From Spongospora subterranea f. sp. subterranea (taxonomy: Eukaryota): a stretch of DNA of 64,000 nt. The position numbers and the translations under genes were made by a program. Of this stretch, positions 33,811 through 45,913 are shown piece after piece. Within the stretch, counting starts at the first letter, position 1; the number at the start of each line of letters is the position of its first letter. The notes under the pieces were generated by a model. It was not told the DNA's origin. It saw only the letters and a program-made list of their open reading frames with translations, and did no database searches. Location: the NCBI GenBank assembly GCA_049724395.1, contig JAUGWO010000021.1, positions 1-64,000 on the forward strand, given 5' to 3'.

Positions 33811-34616
33811 GGGTTTTTAAGAGGTTATTACACATGATAATACTGATTCCACCGTCCATTGGGCATAAATTGAGCCTTTAGCGGTCTCTGCAGTCGAAAT
33901 TTGGTGTTTGTCGATGTAGCAGCGTCCCTAAACGTGTGGCGTCTTTAAAACTAAATCGCTGAGTATAGTACAAAAGAATTAGAGATGTGTTTAATTGACA
34001 AGTATTTGTCTCTGTCATTCCGCGATAATTTGTAGAAGATCACGGTATGCCAAAGTCGCCCAACTAATGTCATTTCTCAACTTTGGAACCTTGTTTTTGC
34101 TGCCTTTTGATGTGCCAGTAGACTGATTGGTTTTTTGAGTGTTCAAGTTGTACCTTGTGGTCTTCCATCATTGTGAAAATTGTGCTTCCACTTCGGGGGA
34201 TTGACACATCTCAGTCACATTCCAGCTTCCGCCAGTTTGTAATCAACCTGTAATTGAGCAGTATCGATAGGACCACTCAACACATTGTGCAATGATTAAC
34301 TTTCTAGCTGATGCGAATCTTTCGAAATCGCCACTATAGATAAAAATCCGAAATTTCCTGAAGCCAGGTTGCGTCTATAAATATTATGCAAAAAAATAGG
34401 AATCTTTTACAAGTAGGTTATACTTTCCCTAATCAATATCGTTTCTGACATCAATCTAGTCCTCACTGACTATCTTGTTAGAGACCATGAATGAATCCTC
34501 ATCCATGGTACTGTCAGACTTTCACTCACTAAACCAAAAAATCATAATATTATCGCAACACTGCTTCAATCATATCGTAGGCTAACTGTGGGCTCTCAAT
34601 TTCCGACGCCTGGGAT

Positions 34617-37391
34617 ATGACTTGGCCTTACTCTTCAACTCTAGTGAAGCAACCACATCAATTGATTTGTCCATCAATTTCTCCAACAAAACCTCAATCT
34701 GACTTCTCAGTGAATGAGTTTTGTTTGCAATCAAGAATTCTTGGACCAATGTCCTTGCATCCTGATGGCTCCCAGGATTTTTCGGTCTCTGAAAATCCCA
34801 ACCATTTTGCTAATGCTACGAGCGATTGAGATTTCGAATCCACTTTCACGTTCACAATAAACTCTGCTTCAAATGTAGCATTGTCAAAGGCAAACTGATT
34901 CTTAATCTCCTCAGTAACATTCATCTTCCAATCGTCAAAAAATCGGATTCTATCCCCATCAACTTTCCGCATTGACATATCAACTAAGTTCATGACAGTA
35001 AACACATATCCATTGTTATTCTCAACAATCTGATAAGGCCCTCTCCATCTCTGAAAGAGCTTCTGTCCAGACTTCTCAACATCAGGGCTACATAAGACGA
35101 AATCTCCGACACCAAAATTTGGTCTTTGCCGAGGTTTCCTTGTCTTTGGCAACTTACGATTCTGCGTTCAGAACTCGTATTAGCCGCAACTTCTTTGTGC
35201 AGCTGTTCCATAGCACTCTCTAATGTCTCAGTTCTGCTGACAATTTGTTCTGTTATCATCTGACATACCCAGGTTCTCTCCAGGCGTTTTAAAGATAAGT
35301 TCCAGCGAATTATCACTTTTTATTCCCGTATGAGCCGTTACTGGAGCTTTCCACCCCAGTCTCTTCTTTGGTCGATGGTTCATAGCATGTTCTGGTATGG
35401 TATGGTATACAAAGGTTCGCAGGTTCTTATGGGTCGGGTAATCCTGTGTACAACCAGGTTTTCCCTACTTCCACCTGGCCGCTACAAGTAGATTGGGTAT
35501 CCAATGAAGGAAACCTATTAGACCAGTTGGATTCAGCAACATAACCGGTCCTACGACCATACCGAATGGGGCTTGCCCCCACCCGATTACATTGCCTACC
35601 CAGAGTTATCGAGTTTACTGCAAGCAGCTCACTCTCCCACATTCATTAGAGGCCACGTGGTCAGACCCTATAGCATGTTCTATTGCTTTCAACAACCATG
35701 GCCAATCCTCTTCATTCCACCTCAACTCTGAAATCAGAGCTTGAAATAAAGACGTCAGTGCCTTATTCACAACGTCAACTGTCCCTTTAGGATAGTGAAT
35801 ATACGCTGTGGTCCAATGTTGTTCCACACCCGCTTTCTTGACAAAGCTCCTCATTACTTCTGATAGAAAGTAAGAAGCTTGATCTGAAACATACACCTCT
35901 AATGTTCCAAACTTTGATCGCCATTCCATCAACGCATCAACAGTCGTCTCCGTATCAGGAGTCACTGCTGGTGTCAGGTGAACCAAACCTGACAAGTCAT
36001 CTACAATAACTAGAACCCATTCAAACTCATGATATGATCCTTTCACTCTAGGCATTATATACATGAAATCAAAGTGCAATACTTGATTTGGTCTAGTTCC
36101 ATGACATGCTTCACCAAAAGGTCGTGGGATTCTCTTCCTTCCTCTGGTAGGAATGCAATGTAAACACAAGTTACATATAGACGTGACATCATCGATCATC
36201 GATTTCCAGATGAAATTGTTCTTGTAGTAGTTTGAGTACTACATTGATTCCATAATGTTCACAATTTGCCCCAACATGGGCAAACACACAATTTAGTCTT
36301 TAGGTTGTCACATTCATCTGGGATAACCACTTTGTCTGAATGATTTAGCAACAACCCATCTGAAATCAAGATTGTAGAATCCCTGTCTCGACCCTTAATC
36401 CAATTTCTCTGCTCTTGAGTAATCTCATCAACAGTTGGCCACACCAACTTACTCATGGGTTGAGTCCGAAATTGATCCTTGAAGTGTTGAGGTCCAAGTG
36501 ATGCATCAGTTGGGTCTATCCTAGCGTCATGATCGATATCAATCTCAACATGCTCAGATTCATCAGTTATTGATCCATTACTCCTTTAAGTACGACGATT
36601 AACTGTAATCCTATTGCATCTCTCAGAACCGCATCCAGAATTCCAGATACCTTCAGGCCATTATCAATGTCTGATTTTGATAATGCAGCCCCCCATCGAG
36701 TCATCATATCAGCCCAGACATTCATGTCTCCTGATATATGTTCGATGTTGAATCTAAATGATCTGAGATTCATACCCCATCTTTCCAAGCGTTCCCCAGG
36801 TTGCTTCGTGCACGTTTCAGGATTATACATGGAAGTCAAATTCCTATGATCCGTAAAAAGCAGAAAGGGTTTAGAAGACTGAACTAAATAGTCCAATTTC
36901 CTACATGTGTTCCAGATAGCGAATGCTTCCTTATCTGGCGTGGACCAGTTCAATTCTGATCCATGGAATCTGTGTCCGCAGAATCCCAACGGTTCATGTC
37001 TCTGATCATGAAACGGCAGTTTCCCAACATCCTCATGTGGAATCTGTGTCACCATACCAGAACTATGATATTGACTCGCATCAGTGAACACACATTGAAC
37101 CATATCCTCGTCTGGATAGTTCAGCTGAGTTCGTCTACTGATCGCAGCCTTCATACTGCTGAATGCTTCATCATGAACTGCATTCCAACCAAACGCGCTC
37201 AATGATTTTCCCTTGGCCACCGATTTGGTCCTTTTCGGCTGACCTTTCATTGCGCTCTCATAGATATTCTGCAATGGCAGAACTAATCAATTATAATCTG
37301 GAATGGCTCTACTCATCCATTGAATAGCCATAACAAACTGTTGCAAGTCTCGCGCTGTCGTTGGCTTCTGCATATTTACTAATGCCTCAAC
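34617..37391 (-). mobile_element. Gypsy chromovirus pol fragment (RT connection, RNase H, integrase, chromodomain)
   Basis: VFTDASQ, DKEAFAI, FTDHRNL, HFDFMYI, SDQASYF, KWLGFSETEKSWEP. Confidence 0.88.
35393..35669 (-). mobile_element. 277-bp SINE-like or truncated non-LTR insertion with (TACCA)n tail
   Basis: 11-bp TSD ATAGCATGTTC at 35382-35392 and 35670-35680; TGGTATGGTATGGTA at the left end; interrupts the integrase at AIEHA. Confidence 0.85.
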
Positions 37392-38772
37392 TGTAATGAC
37401 CTGGACGGAACGAACTACAGGGCTTAAGCTAAACTAGAGAGAAGGAACTAACAGAGGCTGAGGCTAAACGTGGTGCTTTACTAGAACTAATAATACGATC
37501 TGAGCCCGAAGACTCAGATCATTCAAGTAGGTAATATGGATAGATATTATTGACTGGTGTTGGGGACCTAACACTACCTCCCCTTTTTTAAATCCCGATT
37601 AGGTTTGTCCGGATAATTGTCATGAAATTTAGCGATGGCTTCCCGCAGCGGAGGAGAGTTATCTGCAAGCCCTCGCGCTGGCTCCCAGGAACGTTCGGAT
37701 GGAGGATAACCTTCCCAGTCCACTAAGTATTGCAGCTGATTGCGGTAGACCCTAGAATCCAGAATATCCTTAACGATGAATAACGGTTCTGTTGATTCCG
37801 CAGGTATGAAAATGGGTTCAGGAGGACAATCTTGAGCTCGCCCAGCAATGTCGTTCCTGTGATATGGCTCAATCTGCGAGACGAGGAACGTGTTATGCAC
37901 TCGCCAAGCTGCAGGCAATTGCAATGAAAATGTTACGTCGTTAACCTTCGCGATGATCGGGAAGGGTCCTGCGAATCTGTCGTCGAGCTTTGGACAAGGT
38001 CGAGTTGTATTCCAATCGATTCTCTTCACCATGACTAACTCGCCCAGTGAATATGCGGGAGCCTCAGAACGTTTGTTATCGGCATATTTTTTCATCGAAA
38101 ACACGGCCTGTTCAAGTTGTCGTCGTAAAAATAAGCGAATGCTTCGTAAATGGTTTGCCCTTTCATCAGCGGACGGATTCGCTTGTGATTGGCAGAATGA
38201 TGGGACGTCGATGGTGCGGGGATGGAACCCATAGTTTGCGAAAAATTGGGAAACTTTGGTCGATGAGTGTTAGGTGTTGTTGTATTGGAATTCAGCCAGC
38301 GCCAACCAATCTTCCCAGTCATCCTGCTGATAGGAAGTAAACGTCCTTAAATACTGCTCTAAAACTTGGTTAACCCTTTCTGTCTGTCCTTTGGTCTGCG
38401 GGTGTCTCGACGTAGATGGTTTCCGTTGAATCTGTAGCCGTTGGAGAAGGCATTTCCAAAATCCTGCAACCATCTGCGGGCCACGGTCTGATACAATATC
38501 GTCTGGGAGTCCATGAAGCCGAAACACTTGTCGTAGCATCAATTCAGCCAACTGTGGCGATGTGATTGATTCTTTACAAGCAATAAAATGAGCCATTTTC
38601 GACAAACGATCAACCACGACGAGAATTGAGTCGAAACCGTTGGATTTGGGTAGTTTGACAATGAAGTCTAATGAAATTGATCGCCATAAATCCGTTGGAA
38701 TGGGTAACGGTTTTAACAGTTCTGGTGGTGCCTTGCGCTGCAATTTGGTTCGCTGGTGTTGGAGATGCGTCA
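37392..38772 (-). mobile_element. 3-prime part of a fungal-type (Tf2-like) chromovirus with LTR 37392-37573
   Basis: Integrase WRSISLDFIVKLP, VSDRGPQ, GQTERVNQ; chromodomain YLVDWEGYPPSERSWEP; PPT AAAAAAGGGGAGGTAG then TGTTAGG...TTACA on the minus strand. Confidence 0.9.
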
Positions 38773-41460
38773 ACATTCTCTACTGCGGTGAGTCATGGAC
38801 AAGGAGGTCAATAACGCGTGAATCATGACTATATGATTGACACATCGGATACCGAATAAAACTCACGCCTTAATCACAAAACGGTTAATAGAATACTCAT
38901 TCGACGATGCCAGCCTTGACGATAACGCTCAATAGAATACCCGCCCAAGAATCTCTACAGGTTCGTAAGGCTAGTTCCTTCATGTCCGTCAGGTGCTTCT
39001 TCATTCCCTCCTTCGCGTTGAACATCTTGTTCGTGAAGTCTTGCTTCATGTATTGCACGTGTGAGAAAGTCCTGGCCCTATGTGAATGCTCCAGCGCATT
39101 CCAAGCGGCCGGGGTCCTACATTCAATCACCGTCATTACTTGGTTTGCTTCTACGTTGTTGACTATTTCGGCAAAGCAAGTGTCGTTTTCGTGTTCGTCG
39201 TGTGATGAGCTCAACTCTACTATGTGCCACAACCGTCTCGCTCGGCCCCTACGATACCGGCGACGAACCAAGCGAGCAATTCTATTGTGAAATCATACCG
39301 AGGAGTCAAGCTCAACGAAGAGAATTACATGATGTGGGCGTTCCAAATGAAGGTTCACCTGAAATCCACACGACTGTGGCACATAGTAGAGTTGAGCTCA
39401 TCACACGACGAACACGAAAACGACACTTGCTTTGCCGAAATAGTCAACAACGTAGAAGCAAACCAAGTAATGACGGTGATTGAATGTAGGACCCCGGCCG
39501 AAGCTTGGAATGCGCTGGAGCATTCACATAGGGCCAGGACTTTCTCACACGTGCAATACATGAAGCAAGACTTCACGAACAAGATGTTCAACGCGAAGGA
39601 GCGAATGAAGAAGCACCTGACGGACCTGAAGGAACTAGCCTTACGACTAAGGCTAGCCGGACGAGACCTAGACGACTCTGAACTGGCATCAGCAATACTG
39701 ATCAGCGTAAAGGATAAACTATACGAGCACGCGATAGCTGCACTTACGGCTGGACGAATATTACCGCCAAGATACGACGAGATAAGTGCATCATTACTGT
39801 TACGAGAAAAGGAACTGTCGAGAGCTACACAAGACTGACGAGAGGACGGATTCTCAACGGGGTCACGATCGAAGGAAACAAGGAAATGCTTTAACTGCAA
39901 CGTATTTGGTCACTTATCCCGCGACTGTCGCAGACCGCAGAAGGGAAACAGGAGGAACGAAGCGAAGAACTCCAGATACAACGAACAGAGACCAAAATGG
40001 CAGAACAACGGAAAACACGAGGCCAACATGACGGAGGAGTATGGCTTCTCAGCGGGCACGGCACAAGCCAACGACGAACAAGGATTCATGATTTGTGACT
40101 CCGGCGCGACATCACATATGACTGGGGATCGTCGGACGATTAATATCATGGCACGAATCGACCCGACCAGCGTCGTTCTCGCTGATGGACGAACAATCAC
40201 GGCCACAACGGCTGGATCCGCCTGGAGACACGGATTGTTCTCAGTAGGAAGAGCATGTGAATCGTTCGCTGACAGCGTGAAACTAACTAGGTACCGATGT
40301 ATTATCACCGCCGCTGGACGAGAAATACTGACGGGAACGAGGAACGGGCGACATTATTTATTTGAAATTGTCCAGAAGCACCACGCATTTGATGCAGAAA
40401 GCAAGAACGAGAATTCAGTACATGGCATTGGACAAGACGAAGTGACCTACGAACCGTGTCGAGCATGCCAATTGCAGAAGAACACTGTGAGGCCAGCACC
40501 AAAGTCAGGAAACACACCCGTCATGGAGATCCTGGATCGAGTCCATTCCGATTTTTTCGGTCCATTCCACGTATCGGCAACCGGCAACCGATATTTTATT
40601 TCATTCATCGACGAAGGATCGAGGTGGGCAACGATAATGCCAATGAAAACTAGGGACGAGGCGTTGACTAAGTTTAAAGAGTTCAGAGCAATGATCGTTT
40701 TTAAGGCAATCGGTCAAGGAAAGATTCGAGCACTCAGGACCGACAACGCCAAGGAATACTGCAATGAAATATTCAAAACATATTTGATCAACCAAGGCAT
40801 TTTCACCACGAGTATTCTACGCCGTATCGCCAGCATCAAAACGGGATTGCAGAACGGTATAACCGAACGATCCAGGATATGGCGCGAACCATGATGACGC
40901 ACGCGGATCTGCCCACGACATGACAAAGAAGATGACGCCGCGAAGCAGAGGCCATCTTGGTGGGATATGAGAGTGGACGCAAGGCATACAGACTCGTGGA
41001 CCTACAGACGCGAAGAATGTTCGTCAGCAAAGATGTAAAGTTCAACGAAAACATCCTGGGATACGGTAGAAGCGGAGGCAACGCTCAAGAATGCGACGAC
41101 TTCGAGGAATCCACAAACGATCAGGACCACACCCAAAGGAAACCAGATACCGAAAACGACGACGATCACGTGCATATAATCGAAAACGAAACGTTACAAA
41201 ACGGCGACGAAAATGGGAACCTACATAGACGACCAGATCGTGTTCGAGCTCAACCTGCGCGATTTCACAAAGAATTCGTTAACATGATAGATCGAGAACT
41301 AGTAACACGAACAGAGGCTTTACAACGGTCGGACGCGATTGAGTGGGAGAAAGCGATGCTGCAAGAATATCAATCCTTGATCAGCAATGGGACTTGGTCG
41401 CTCACGAACTTGCCGAAGGGGCGGACGACAATAGGCACAAAGTGGGTATTTTTCGAGCCA
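38773..41460 (+). mobile_element. Ty1/Copia retrotransposon, internally deleted and 3-prime truncated
   Basis: LTR-like end ..CTCTACA|GGTT near 38960; gag KLNEENYMMW and CFNCNVFGHLSRDC; protease CDSGATSHM; integrase HSDFFGP and LRTDNAKEY; RT start WEKAMLQEYQSL..GTKWVF. Confidence 0.9.
38963..39646. repeat. Fold-back inverted duplication of Copia gag (about 270-bp arms)
   Basis: 38963-39234 is the near-identical reverse complement of 39370-39646. Confidence 0.93.
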
Positions 41461-42795
41461 TGGCGCCACTTGATAGGTATTTCTCTTCAAATTGACAGCA
41501 CTTATTGAGTTTTTCTTGTGCAGTTTTTGACGTCGAAACTGCAACAGCAAGTGCTTTGAGGTCCAATAAATCAGAGTCGTTGCCTCTGAAAGCAAAAATG
41601 TTAACCTGTTTTTCTAAAAAAGTGAATGAAGACCTGTTGTCGGGGTTTCTGACGATTAAGCACCACACTTCTCCGAAATCGATAAAACAACCAATAGTAA
41701 ACTTAGCTGGTCGCGAATGGATCGAGGAACCACAAATGATATCGGGCACACGTTGAACTTCGAACATGATGATGCCATTTTAACTTGTGACAAAATTTCA
41801 AATACCATCCAAGACCAGCAAGTTGTCGGTGGTATCATCAAGGGGTGTGGGCATCAAATCCCAATTGATATCGGCGTTCAACATTCTTGGGACTCTTTCT
41901 CAAGTCGTCAACCTTCTTGATGAGGCAAACAGGATTTTGACTTTATCAGGAAAGTCAAACAGAAACAAACTCCTTTCAAAATACAGTCTTCATAGCAGAA
42001 GATTTTAGCAGTCGTCTGATAAATAGACGACTTGACCGCAGCAAAGCACACCAGTAAGGGTTCGAGCATTTTACGCGAGAGTTGCCTCACAAACGATCCT
42101 ATTTACGACAATGATCTAAATATTCCCCCTAGAGCCCTCTCAAACGCTTCCCAATTGTTCAGTATGGCATCCTGAGTTTCTAGATATGGGGTTACCCAAT
42201 CTAGAGCGGCATCCTCTAAGAGCGATGATACGAAGCCCACTTTGGCTTGATCGCTCGTGAACATGTGAGGCGCATAAGAAAATTGGAGCTTGACGGCATT
42301 AATAGATTGCCGAAGCTCGGTACGCTTTCCCGAGTATTTTTCTGGTAACGGGAGTTTTATACGATCCTGTCGTAGAGTTACCGCCTGCGGGTTGGGGGGA
42401 GCCGATTCTTGCTGCTACGACGGAATCCGATGTTTGCTGTTGCGAGCGTAGAGAGGCAATCTCCTCCTGTGCCAACTTGAGCTGGTTCTGCAAGTGCACC
42501 AACGCCTGCTTGATAATGGAGGGATCGGAGAAGTCGGGTGATGATGGCATCTTGGTGTTGCAGCTTTGGTGCGGCTTTTCCGTTTCAGGATTCTCGAATC
42601 AAATGTAAGAGTCTCGCCGGGTGGGATGAGACGAGTTAGACAACCGCAGTAGGCAACAAACAGTGTGTATTAAAGGTACACTGAATCAGATGATTCGACA
42701 ATGAATGTCAAATCATCTGACAGTTCAACGTCCAGGAAGTAACGATGACTCACTTATCCGGAAATAGAGGCGGGACTTAAGGTGATATCATGACA
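41461..42795 (-). mobile_element. 5-prime part of another Gypsy element (LTR 42604-42795, gag, protease remnant)
   Basis: TG...CA-bounded 192-bp segment followed by gag-like MPSSPDF..., DQAKVGFVSSLLEDAALDW and protease-like SAVSTSKTA with downstream GEVW segment. LTR unrelated to the one at 37392. Confidence 0.7.
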
Positions 42796-44166
42796 GTGAG
42801 AAGGGACTCCTGATCGACGTCATCGCCTGAATCACTGCCAGTGGAAGATGACGGCTCGCCTTCGATTTCTTCATCCCTATATAAATTCAAAATAGATTTT
42901 CCAACAAACGGATAACACTTTTTAAGGTGCTCTGGCATAATAAATATACAGCGAATTCCATGTGAAAGATGAACATGGCCTTCAGCAATGACATTGAGCC
43001 ATAGCCCCGGTCGGCGGTCATAACAAATCCATTCAGTGATTGTTCCCCGCAAGCATCGAGAATGTAATTAAGCTGTCTGTCAACATTGCGTACTTGAAAT
43101 TCTCCTCGTCGGCGAAATCTGATACCGAGTGTAATCCTGAACAACGCGTCGGCGATGACGTCAGCACAATGACCTTCTTTGTCAGACTTCCGATTGGAGA
43201 TCGTTTTAACTTGATTGTCTGATGCACGAGTACCATACAAGTCATCATCCAGAGTGGCCGTAGTATGGTTCGGAACGACGAAGATCGAATTTGATACTGA
43301 GAACGAAACTTTCTCGAATGCAGTCAAGTTCGGGGTCATATCACGCTGTGAGCTCCAGCTGTTAGCGCCCATATTGCCACGATTGGAAGGAGAAAATGCC
43401 AGAAATGTTGATTCAGTTTCTCCATGATTGTCCATGTATGGTTGAGGCTGAACCCGGTGCAGTGCGAATAGAACATCATCGCCAAATACTGGTACATTGC
43501 TGACATGGACAATTCTAGTGCATTGCCGACGTCATGAAGACGCACATAATCTTGTAGCCAATGCAAACATTGCGTCAGCACATCATTAACCAGAAGGATC
43601 GTAATCCCCACACGAGTTGATTGCAGACCCTTCATCCGAAGTTGGTCTCCCAGTCTCTCCATTGCCTTCAGGCGAAACAAACGCGATCGTCCCCAATGGT
43701 ATTATCAGTGTACTCGTCCTGAAAAACAATTGGAACTTCAACTGGAACATTAATGCTCCATCCATGAGAAGGCCGGTTTTGAGCAGTTCCAGCTCGAGAC
43801 ACTCCTTGCCCACGTCCGCGACCTCGTCCGCGTCCTCGCCTGCGACCTGAACCGATCTCAGAACGGTTTGTTGGCTCCATTACCGATGCTGTAGAACTCA
43901 TGCTGAAGAAGGCGATGATGCAGCTCACACTGGGAACAATCAATTCGATCAAGAAAAAATGAACCGACACGCAGTTTATTGGGTCATGGTAGACACAACC
44001 TCAAGTTTATAGGCAAATCCGGTTGATCTAACGTCAGTTAAATCACTTCAAAATCGACTAGATTTCAGATCGTCGTTTATGGCCGATAACGGACAAATAA
44101 GCCCAGAATGCACAAAAAATGCGTAGTGCATTATGGCCGAATTTTCGGCCATAACTGACCGTAGGG
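42796..44166 (-). mobile_element. Divergent piggyBac-like DDD transposon, 5-prime part, frameshifted
   Basis: MYQYLAMMFYS, ATLDDDL, RKSDKEGH and VMTADRGYGS follow piggyBac-like motif order. Candidate terminus CCCTACGGTCAGTTATGGCCG at 44166 with TTATGGCCGA repeats. Confidence 0.5.
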
Positions 44167-44884
44167 ATGATGGCCTTGTGCCATCATAGTACCTTTTGGG
44201 TCAGTTGGTAACTGTGTATCTCGGGCGCAGTTCCTGACACAATCCCTCTCTGTCAAGGAACTTCAATCATTCTTAGGATTTGCAAATTTTTATCGACAGT
44301 TTATTTCCAATTTCGCATCAACCTGTATGCCTTTATATGAACTAACACACAAACATGCAACCTTCAAGTGGACTCCCCAATGTCAAATTTCCTTTGAGTG
44401 GTAAAAACGCTCTTTCGTTTCTGCTCCAGTTCTAACTACGTTTCCTGTTCTGCCTATTTTTTTTTGTGATTGAGTTTACACGTTCATGTAGGTCTGGCGA
44501 TCCAACGGCTATTGGGCCAAGATTCACTTTAGAGACTCTCATCTCAATAGTTCCTCCCAGTAACAAGCTCGGACTTGCAATAGAGACCTTCGCCGGTAGT
44601 TCAGCAGTCTGGTCGACACAAGAGGTATCAGTGTGAGGTTAGAATAGCCACCGCATATTCCGTCTCAACTAAAAAACGTACCCAGAGAACTCAGTCTCCG
44701 GGACACTAAAAATTCCCTAAGGAACACCTCTTGCACCATACCAAGTCGCTTCATGACTAGGCAGCTGATTGTTTATAGAGGTTTTACTCCTCTTCGGCAG
44801 ATATTGAAAGAGGTTTGCCACCTCTTCGCTATGGTTAGATAGCTCCTGTCTACACGTGGTTGCGGGTTTAACGTTCTCTTTGCT

Positions 44885-45058
44885 TTAGATGTAGCATCGC
44901 TTTTTCACTGCCTTCACTAGAATTTTATTCATTTTACTGGGGTATTTCAATAAAGCACTTTTGAATGTTTCTGTTTGCAAAAGTTGGTAAGATTCTCTGA
45001 CTTTGTGCATTTTTTCTTTCAACGCCTTGCAGTTCAATAGTTGGTGCTCAATTGTCGA
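44885..45058 (-). pseudogene. LINE ORF2 C-terminal CCHC end
   Basis: STIEHQLLNCKAL...stop at 44885; matches the ETxEHxLxxC motif of LINE ORF2 termini. Confidence 0.7.
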
Positions 45059-45820
45059 TAGGGCTCCGATCGGGTCGGGTCGGGTCGGGTCGGGTCGGGT
45101 ACCTGCCAACTACCGGTATCCGACCCGGGTTTTTGGTCGGGTATCGGGTATATACCCGATACCCGACAATCAAAACTGCGCCTGCACAAAAATGCGCGAC
45201 TGACGCATGTGGTGCGTTCTTGGTAAACCTGCAAACATAAACAAAAGGTCAAGGAAAGAAGCACAGAGTTGTTCAAAACCGCTAGGTTGTTTTTTGCTGA
45301 AGTGTGCTTTTCACAACATCAACGCGCTCAAAGTCTTTGGTTCAGAGAATGGCAGCGGAGTCCAATTATGTCGCGGCCGCAATAAACAACTCGTTGAACG
45401 GATACTGAGGAGCCAGGAATACACAAAACATCCATTGCAAAAAGCACCCAGACCTGGGAACTGTTTCTCGTGTGTGCCCCAGTATTGGAGCAAATTTTGG
45501 CTTGGATCCTCGCAAGGTAGCCTGAGGTACTTATCCACATACAGGTTTGTTGATTTTCCAGACAAGACAGTCAGGTAATCAAGACGAGCTCACGCAGTCC
45601 GTGGCGCTATGAGATTCCATGACCTACTTCCTGATATTCTTTTTTATTTAACAACAACTTTACCTAATGTGCTTCGTATCTTTTGTTAGGATATTTTTAT
45701 TTGAAATTGATGCAAAAATTACAGCGCAATATTCACAATTCGAAAAAAGACTACAGGTACCCGCGGGTAGTCGGGTCGGGTACCGACTGTCTACCGATAC
45801 CCGACCCGATCGGAGCCCAA
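45059..45820 (-). mobile_element. Non-autonomous hAT element, copy 2, complete
   Basis: TIRs TAGGGCTCCGATCGGGTCGGGT / ACCCGACCCGATCGGAGCCCAA; 8-bp TSD ATTGTCGA at 45051-45058 and 45821-45828; dimerisation-domain remnant. Confidence 0.95.
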
Positions 45821-45913
45821 ATTGTCGAACAGGGCATACCTTCACGCGTCAACACCTGAAATACCTCTATATGACAGAGAGCAGCATATGCAGGCATTGT
45901 GATAAAAAAATCG

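Noticed and set aside
39355..39900. Antisense ORFs over Copia gag, and similar shadow ORFs over mariner, pogo and Gypsy genes
   Set aside because: They are reverse-frame shadows of recognisable transposon genes.
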